In this document: positions 33,910 to 39,017 of the stretch, piece after piece
Layout: each line of letters begins with the position of its first letter
How positions within the stretch are numbered: position 1 is the stretch's first letter
Assembly: GCA_045538675.1 (NCBI GenBank)
Contig: JAZSRW010000041.1
Span: 1 to 39,017 of the forward strand
Source of the DNA: Candidatus Onthoplasma sp.
GTDB lineage: Bacteria; Bacillota; Clostridia; Christensenellales; UBA1242
Direction of reading: 5' to 3'
DNA: 39,017 nucleotides
The notes under the pieces: generated by a model
The model's database searches: none
Told to the model about the DNA's origin: nothing
The model's input: the letters and a program-made list of their open reading frames with translations, nothing else
Position numbers and translations under genes: made by a program

Positions 33910-34074
33910 CTAACAAACCACCAAACTTTCCAACTCTAATATAATCGAGTTGTCTTCGGTTAAATACACTTTCTCGCCTTGCTCTACTACATACATCTTA
34001 TTGTTATCGTATTTAATAGCAAAACCCTTTGTCCCTTTATATACTATACCCCTTAATAAATCTATCTCGTACAT
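33910..34074 (-). CDS. Small 54-aa ORF (below the track cutoff)
   Basis: ATG 34074 follows AAGGAGA. Translation starts MYEIDLLRGIVYKGTKGFAIKYDNNKMYVVEQGEKVYLTEDNS... Confidence 0.5.
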   Translation of the reverse strand: MYEIDLLRGIVYKGTKGFAIKYDNNKMYVVEQGEKVYLTEDNSIILELESLVVC

Positions 34075-34092
34075 ATTAATCTCCTTTTCTTT

Positions 34093-34485
34093 TTATGCCT
34101 CTATAAGTTCTGGATTATCGTGTATATTGCCTATAACCTCAATAGTTTCAAAATCTTGATAAGTAAATTCATACTCACATATTTGTTCTTTCATACAAAA
34201 ACAGCCATTAGTAAATATAACAATGTCTATAAACATATCATCAATTTTAACGATATCACCCTCAAATATCTTTGTTCCATTCTTGTCTTTAAGTCCAGTA
34301 TATTCTCCAACTGTTTGACTATCAACACAATTCATATAAGTATCAATCCAAACAGAGTTATCATCTTCTAAATACTCGCCGTGACTTTCCTCATCACTAT
34401 CAATAATAAAACAATCCTTAAATAAAAAGCCGTAGTACCATTTATTATCAAACTTACACTTGCCTCTAAACTCAATTTCTCTCAT
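34093..34485 (-). CDS. YopX-family protein
   Basis: MREIEFRGK..., TVGEYTGLKDKNGTKIFEGDIV and VIGNIHDNPELI are hallmark YopX motifs. The internal start follows GGTGAGG. Confidence 0.8.
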   Translation of the reverse strand: MREIEFRGKCKFDNKWYYGFLFKDCFIIDSDEESHGEYLEDDNSVWIDTYMNCVDSQTVGEYTGLKDKNGTKIFEGDIVKIDDMFIDIVIFTNGCFCMKEQICEYEFTYQDFETIEVIGNIHDNPELIEA

Positions 34486-34493
34486 AACCTCAC

Positions 34494-34649
34494 CTATAAC
34501 GCAATTAACACTTCGTGGTGTAAATAATTGATAAAATCTCTCATATTTGTACACCCACTATATTTTTTAACTATTTCTAAATCTTCCGCACTGCGTATAT
34601 CTAAATACTCGCAATATCTTCTAAATGCTTTTAATTGATTGTAACTCAT
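34494..34649 (-). CDS. Hypothetical 51-aa protein
   Basis: ATG 34649 follows GGAGGGG. TAATG overlap. Confidence 0.5.
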   Translation of the reverse strand: MSYNQLKAFRRYCEYLDIRSAEDLEIVKKYSGCTNMRDFINYLHHEVLIAL

Positions 34650-35089
34650 TATAACCCCTCCACATTTCCTGATAACCACTCGTTATCGCTCAAATATCTT
34701 TCAACTTCTTTACTAAAACTCTTACCAAGTTTCTTTGCTTCTATCAATTCCCTTACAAGTATTTCTTCAATTTCACTCGCACTAAAACACTCTAACAAGA
34801 ATTGATTAATCGCAACCTTTACTGGATAATTAGCACCAATCTTAATAGCATTACCAAATGTCTTGTACTTTTCTAAACACTTGTCGCAAATTGTTTGTTC
34901 TCCGTTCTTTTCAAACACTTCGCCACACTCTTCACATTCAGTACCCTCAACAATGTTTCCACCGCAACTGCAGTTTCCTACCATTGTTTGCCAAGCACTT
35001 ACTCTACCAATACCAACATCATAACCAAAATCTTCTTCGTATGTTGGCAATTCTTCGTGGATTTTACCACAACTTTCACAAATATACAT
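34649..35089 (-). CDS. Zinc-ribbon-containing early protein (146 aa)
   Basis: ATG 35089 follows AGGAGGAA. It contains CESC, CSC, CEEC and CDKC clusters and is the first gene after the promoter at 35128..35156. Confidence 0.6.
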   Translation of the reverse strand: MYICESCGKIHEELPTYEEDFGYDVGIGRVSAWQTMVGNCSCGGNIVEGTECEECGEVFEKNGEQTICDKCLEKYKTFGNAIKIGANYPVKVAINQFLLECFSASEIEEILVRELIEAKKLGKSFSKEVERYLSDNEWLSGNVEGL

Positions 35090-35127
35090 ATCAGTTCCTC
35101 CTACTTGTATGTTTATCATACATTATC

Positions 35128-35156
35128 ATTCTATATCATTTTGTATCAAATGTAAA
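35128..35156 (-). promoter_or_regulatory. Sigma-A-type promoter, class I
   Basis: The reverse complement reads AAAAACGCTTTACA TTTGATACAAAATGATA TAGAAT, near-identical to 744..772. Confidence 0.6.
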
Positions 35157-35195
35157 GCGTTTTTCAAAACTTTTTTAAATTTTTTATAATTTTTT

Positions 35196-35984
35196 TTAAA
35201 TAACTACACTATCAAGATCTGTAAAGAATGTTCCCATTTGTTCTTTGGTGTACTTATCACTCTTTTTAACAACAGGCTTTTCGTTTAAGTTTTTATTTTC
35301 AGCAAATATTCCCGAATAGTTTTGGCTCATAGAGTAATTAATTGCATTTATTAAATAATCGTCATTATTGTCTTTAATCATTTGTTCTAATTTCTTACAT
35401 AAAGCAGTTAATCCACTAGGCTTATATGTTTGACGTTTTTCTTTTTTATACTGTAGCCAAGTATCTATTGATGTTTTTACTTTATCACTAAACTCAAAAG
35501 AGCCTAAAATACATTGTTGTTCTTTTATATTATTTAATTTTTTATTATTTAGTTCTTTATTGTTAATATTATATTGTGTTGGATTTTCTACCCCTAGAAC
35601 TTCAACCCCTAGATTTTCTAGGTCTTGTTTTTTACTCTCTTGTTCTGCTATTTTAATATAATCTTCTTTTTCTAAAACTTCATAAGTAGGTTTTTCAAAA
35701 ACCATATACACATATTCAATTCTTCCAGTTTTAGTTTCGTTTGGCATAAGTTTATGAATTTGTAAATACCCAAATTGTTTTAATTCATCTAGTGTGCTTT
35801 TTATTGCAGTTTCGTTTTCCTTACAAATTGCAACCAACCCAGCAATAGAATAATCCCAATCTGCTGGAAGTGATAGCATTAAACTCAATAAACCTTTTGC
35901 TTTTAAAGACATATTTCTTTCTTTAAAATGATAATTACTCATTATTGTATAATCTTTTGTTTTATTTATTCTTATTACTGACAT
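35196..35984 (-). CDS. Replication initiator / replisome organizer (N-terminal winged-HTH, DnaD-like C-terminus)
   Basis: The N-terminus YTIMSNYHFKERNMSLKAKGLLSLMLSLPADWDYSIAGL is typical of Firmicutes phage/plasmid Rep HTH proteins. The C-terminus has WLQYKKEKRQTYKPSGL, and the linker carries DNA repeats. Confidence 0.65.
   Translation of the reverse strand: MSVIRINKTKDYTIMSNYHFKERNMSLKAKGLLSLMLSLPADWDYSIAGLVAICKENETAIKSTLDELKQFGYLQIHKLMPNETKTGRIEYVYMVFEKPTYEVLEKEDYIKIAEQESKKQDLENLGVEVLGVENPTQYNINNKELNNKKLNNIKEQQCILGSFEFSDKVKTSIDTWLQYKKEKRQTYKPSGLTALCKKLEQMIKDNNDDYLINAINYSMSQNYSGIFAENKNLNEKPVVKKSDKYTKEQMGTFFTDLDSVVI
35582..35620. repeat. Iteron-like direct repeats inside the replication gene (putative origin core)
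   Basis: ACCCCTAGA occurs at 35590..35598 and 35605..35613. GATTTTCTA occurs at 35582 and 35612. The repeats adjoin a very AT-rich stretch at 35521..35580. Confidence 0.4.
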
Positions 35985-35985
35985 A

Positions 35986-36237
35986 TTATTTCTCCTTTAT
36001 ATACTTCTTAAGTTCAGGCTTTTCTTTTAAAATTTCTTGCTTTCCTACAAATTTAAGCATTTCATACACTTGCTTAACACTTTTGTTTGTTTCAACTTTT
36101 TCTTGTAATATTTCTGCAGCATACCATAATGCACGAGTTTTAATACCTAACCTAATAACTAATCCATTCCAATGATGAAAATTCCTTTTTAGTTTATTGC
36201 TTGCATCACTCACTTCTTTAATAATAATTTCTCTCAT
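35986..36237 (-). CDS. Hypothetical 83-aa protein upstream of the replication organizer
   Basis: RBS is AAAAGGAG. Confidence 0.6.
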   Translation of the reverse strand: MREIIIKEVSDASNKLKRNFHHWNGLVIRLGIKTRALWYAAEILQEKVETNKSVKQVYEMLKFVGKQEILKEKPELKKYIKEK

Positions 36238-36255
36238 AAATACTCCTTTTAAAAT

Positions 36256-36404
36256 GAAAAACCACCAAACTACTTATCCTAATGTGGAAGACGGATTTTC
36301 ATTTGGTGGCAATTCATAAAGCCAAGTATTAAGTTGTGTACCTTGTATTTAAGGCTTCCACTCCCAAAATACTTGGCTTTTGTTCTCTTTCGTTAAATTT
36401 AAAC
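36256..36404 (-). ncRNA. Structured leader or small RNA of about 150 nt with a terminator-like 3' hairpin
   Basis: Two stems are present: a 13-bp stem (36318..36330 with 36368..36380) and an 8-bp stem (36262..36269 with 36302..36309) followed by UUUUUCAUUUU. Both lie downstream of the promoter at 36411..36439. Confidence 0.4.
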
Positions 36405-36410
36405 AATATT

Positions 36411-36439
36411 ATTATATCACACTTTATCAAAAATGTAAA
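36411..36439 (-). promoter_or_regulatory. Sigma-A-type promoter, class I
   Basis: The reverse complement reads AAAATCGCTTTACA TTTTTGATAAAGTGTGA TATAAT. Confidence 0.6.
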
Positions 36440-36447
36440 GCGATTTT

Positions 36448-36768
36448 CTAATCTTTTTTGGTATAAACGAACTCAATTTCTGTTGCAGTAATTTCTGTAG
36501 CATACTTTTTGTTTCCGTTTTTATCTTCCCAAGACCTTGTTTGCATTTTGCCTAAAACAGCAATCTTACTTCCTTTAGTTAAGAACTTTAAGCAATTATC
36601 AGCCAAAGCACCCCAACTAGTTATATTAAAATATTGTACTGGTCTTGTTCCATCTTCTTTAGTATAATTCTCACTTACCGCCACACACATCTTACATAGT
36701 GTTTTTTGCGTTCCTTTTATTTCTTCAGGCTCACGTGTTAGATTTCCAACGACAAAACATAAATTCAT
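36448..36768 (-). CDS. ssb: Single-stranded DNA-binding protein, OB fold only (106 aa, no acidic C-terminal tail)
   Basis: MNLCFVVGNLTREPE..., YFNITSWGALADN and KIAVLGKMQTRSWEDKNG are classic SSB motifs. ATG 36768 follows AAGGAG. The protein ends ...EFVYTKKD. Confidence 0.85.
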   Translation of the reverse strand: MNLCFVVGNLTREPEEIKGTQKTLCKMCVAVSENYTKEDGTRPVQYFNITSWGALADNCLKFLTKGSKIAVLGKMQTRSWEDKNGNKKYATEITATEIEFVYTKKD

Positions 36769-36769
36769 A

Positions 36770-36943
36770 TTATAACTCCTTAACCATTTCTCTAGTAACA
36801 AAAACAATATCATTTATTAAATCATCTATTTGTTGTTGTTTAACTTTATTGTTTAGTTTACTTTTAACTTTCTTTAATTCTATATAATCTTGCAATCTTT
36901 TAATTAAATCTTGTGCTATATTTATTTGTTCTTTAATTTTCAT
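36770..36943 (-). CDS. Small 57-aa ORF (below the track cutoff)
   Basis: ATG 36943 is adjacent to the upstream stop, and its TAA lies 1 nt before the ssb ATG. The sequence is helical and charged. Confidence 0.45.
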   Translation of the reverse strand: MKIKEQINIAQDLIKRLQDYIELKKVKSKLNNKVKQQQIDDLINDIVFVTREMVKEL

Positions 36944-36944
36944 A

Positions 36945-37241
36945 CTAATCTCCCCTTGAATAATTTATACATTCTATTTCTTGTTGTTTTCTTATTTCAG
37001 TTGTTTCAATATCTTTAATTTCAGGATATAACTCAAATATCTTTCTTCTACACCTTGTCACACTTGCAAAACTAGGAACTTTGTTTGCTTTTGCATCTAA
37101 CAAAAACTCTCCTAATTTCTTATTTAAATCATATCCCATATTTAATAATACTAATCCATATAGTATAAAATCGTCCTTACGACTTTCTTCTGCATTTACC
37201 AATACCTTTTTAACTACTGGCTCTATCTTATTTAAACTCAT
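36945..37241 (-). CDS. Hypothetical 98-aa protein
   Basis: RBS is GGAGGAA. Confidence 0.6.
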   Translation of the reverse strand: MSLNKIEPVVKKVLVNAEESRKDDFILYGLVLLNMGYDLNKKLGEFLLDAKANKVPSFASVTRCRRKIFELYPEIKDIETTEIRKQQEIECINYSRGD

Positions 37242-37824
37242 TATCAGTTCCTCCTAAAAATTCTTTAAATTCTTTTAATTTTCTTTCTTTTATTTTTGTT
37301 GGTTTACCCTTAATTGTGTAATCCAAGTATTTATCGAAGTATGTTTTAACTTCTTTTCTTGCTTTTTCATATCCTAAACCTTTACCATTTTTATATGATT
37401 TTAGTTTAGTTTGCTGTCTTTCGCCTATATCTTTGGCTTTGTCAAATTGCCCCCCGCCAGTAACATTATATAAAACAACGTTGTCAAAATCTTTATAAAA
37501 CTCTATATATGATTGTTCTAAACAATCTAATGCACTTATACTACATTTTCGCAATATTGTTAATTTCCAGCCAAAAGGGTTATTTTCATTATATAATTTA
37601 TGTACATATAAACTTTTGTCTATATGTTGTTTTCTACCCATTAAGTGTTGTGAGGTCCTTTCTAATAGGTTTTTTGCTTGTCCTATATAACAGCAATCTT
37701 GACCTTGTTCATTTTGTCTATAAAAACAATATATACCACTATCTTCACTTATTTCAGGACATATCTGCTTAATTAGTTTCTTTTTTTCATTTAATATCGC
37801 AAATCTTTGTCTATAATTCATCAT
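37228..37824 (-). CDS. GIY-YIG nuclease-domain protein
   Basis: Contains GIYCFY...CYIGQAKNLLERTSQH... The start overlaps the HNH stop (ATGATGA). Confidence 0.75.
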   Translation of the reverse strand: MMNYRQRFAILNEKKKLIKQICPEISEDSGIYCFYRQNEQGQDCCYIGQAKNLLERTSQHLMGRKQHIDKSLYVHKLYNENNPFGWKLTILRKCSISALDCLEQSYIEFYKDFDNVVLYNVTGGGQFDKAKDIGERQQTKLKSYKNGKGLGYEKARKEVKTYFDKYLDYTIKGKPTKIKERKLKEFKEFLGGTDNEFK

Positions 37825-38141
37825 AACCTAATAACCTGATTAGTCCACTTTCTATAAACTAAATCTTCCTTTCTCCAATCTTCATAACAACTCTTTAAAT
37901 AATCTTGGATAAACTCTTTGTAGTATGGTCGCAAGTCCGTTTGGTCAAAATTATAATGGCAATTTCTACATAGCGTAACAATGTTCTTTTCAATACCTAG
38001 ACCACCTTTACTGCGTGGTATGTAATGACAAGATGGCATAGCCTCACAATTACCACAATAGATGCAACGTTTCTTATCGCGTTCCCATACTGCTTTTTTA
38101 ACTGCTTGCGGTATATCACAAGCCTTACTTCTTTTATTCAT
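37821..38141 (-). CDS. HNH endonuclease
   Basis: Contains CIYCGN...HYIPRSKGG...NIVTLCRNCH (CxxC...H...N...CxxCH). Confidence 0.85.
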   Translation of the reverse strand: MNKRSKACDIPQAVKKAVWERDKKRCIYCGNCEAMPSCHYIPRSKGGLGIEKNIVTLCRNCHYNFDQTDLRPYYKEFIQDYLKSCYEDWRKEDLVYRKWTNQVIRL

Positions 38142-38160
38142 AAAACCCCCTTTATATGAA

Positions 38161-38709
38161 TTAATTAATATCCCATAACGCTTTCATTTTGGCAAGTTCT
38201 TCAGGTGTCTTTGTTTCGATACCTAATTCTTTAGCAACCTCAACTGTGCCGTCTATCAACCTTGCCATTTCTTTTGTATTTAGTGTATGCGTTTGTTTAT
38301 AAAACACATAATAACTTAACTTCAGCCCTTTTTCTTCTTTTTCGGCTATAAACTTTGCGTAATCATAAAACTTACTTATATCAACATCACTTGGCACTTT
38401 GATAATAACTTTGTTTCCGTTTTTATCCGTAGCCACCGAGCCATATTCTAAGTTCATTTTAATCTTACACTCATCATTTCCAATTTTCATAACACTTGCA
38501 ATCTCATTGACTAACACGTGGAAGTAAGAGTTTGCGTTCAAACTTCTCTTATTCTTCCACTCGTCAATATCAAATTTAAGCGTCTTTTTATCGTTCATAA
38601 GGGCATTTAAGTTATCCGTAACACTTTCATTAAACTCGGTTGTGAAACTCACTACCAAGCGATTATTAAATGTTCTAACAATATCTTTTAACTCGCCCTT
38701 AATTATCAT
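38161..38709 (-). CDS. NinB/Orf-like recombination mediator (tentative)
   Basis: KRSLNANSYFHVLVNEIA resembles the RSLxQN motif of lambda NinB. It lies next to the SSAP with an ATGA overlap. Confidence 0.4.
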   Translation of the reverse strand: MIIKGELKDIVRTFNNRLVVSFTTEFNESVTDNLNALMNDKKTLKFDIDEWKNKRSLNANSYFHVLVNEIASVMKIGNDECKIKMNLEYGSVATDKNGNKVIIKVPSDVDISKFYDYAKFIAEKEEKGLKLSYYVFYKQTHTLNTKEMARLIDGTVEVAKELGIETKTPEELAKMKALWDIN

Positions 38710-39017
38710 ACTTCTACTTCGCCTTTATTTGTTTTTGCAACCTTTTGACAATCAAAACACAAATATCTTCCAAACACTTCTTTTGAGTATTTAGCAACTT
38801 TGTCAGTTATATTCTCATCACAATCTTCACAATGTAGTCCGCTATGTTGCGCCTCTTTCTTTTCTACTGCTTTTTGAATAGCACCAGCACTTGTTTTTGG
38901 ATATACTTGTATACCTCTATTATCTACTATAACTAATTTGCTAATTTCTCTTTTATCGTTATATTCAATTTCTTTAACTTTAAATCTTCGCTTTTGTTCT
39001 TCTTTTGGCAGTTTATA
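38706..39017 (-). CDS. C-terminal part of the wrapped Rad52/Sak-type SSAP, with a CxxC-N20-CxxC zinc ribbon
   Basis: The frame is continuous with 1..543 through the repeat. The stop TGA is at 38706..38708. The sequence includes HCEDCDENITDKVAKYSKEVFGRYLCFDC. Confidence 0.7.
   Translation of the reverse strand, partial: YKLPKEEQKRRFKVKEIEYNDKREISKLVIVDNRGIQVYPKTSAGAIQKAVEKKEAQHSGLHCEDCDENITDKVAKYSKEVFGRYLCFDCQKVAKTNKGEVEV

Noticed and set aside
374-37772. All plus-strand ORFs in the supplied track (for example 2113..2388, 7651..8178, 12103..12414, 26163..26522, 26608..27189, 34858..35178).
   Set aside because: Each lies antisense to a well-supported minus-strand gene. None has an upstream AGGAGG-type RBS. 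All translate to low-complexity F/L/I/S/C-rich strings typical of the antisense frame of AT-rich coding DNA, and none sits in an intergenic gap.

Overview
The window is one complete, circularly closed tailed-phage genome. Bases 1-141 are repeated exactly at 38877-39017, so the unique length is 38,876 bp and the junction falls inside a recombinase gene. The DNA is AT-rich. Every convincing gene lies on the minus strand: about 75 tightly packed CDS with AGGAGG-type RBSs and many ATGA/TAATG start-stop overlaps, plus one tRNA. The plus-strand ORFs in the track look like antisense shadows. Modules in transcription order (high to low coordinates, wrapping):
(1) Recombination module, 700 -> wrap -> 36448: Rad52/Sak-type SSAP, NinB-like protein, HNH, GIY-YIG, tail-less SSB.
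(2) Structured leader plus replication organizer with internal iterons, 36439 -> 35196.
(3) About 16 small early genes, including YopX and a membrane-anchored HExxH protein, 35156 -> 30050.
(4) A separate adhesin operon, 29899 -> 25553: repeat-containing fibre, BspA/DUF285-type LRR protein, coiled-coil fibre.
(5) Small regulators, C5 DNA methyltransferase, mini PNP/MTAN-fold protein, then TerS, TerL, portal and MuF, 25321 -> 17313.
(6) Scaffold, major capsid protein, neck, major tail protein, G/GT chaperones, a short tape measure, Dit, Tal and two paralogous receptor-binding proteins, 17295 -> 8138.
(7) Four membrane proteins, 7760 -> 4842.
(8) A cassette of compositionally extreme proteins (Q/N-, Q/M-, G/N/Cys-, Cys/Thr- and R/D/Y/G-rich) ending in a thiol-peptidase-like gene and tRNA-Cys, 4708 -> 1134.
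(9) Two promoter-hairpin-terminator units that look like small RNA genes, 1119 -> 806.
I recognised no integrase, repressor, CRISPR array, reverse transcriptase or canonical endolysin. All functional calls come from reading the translations and motifs by eye. No database search was run.
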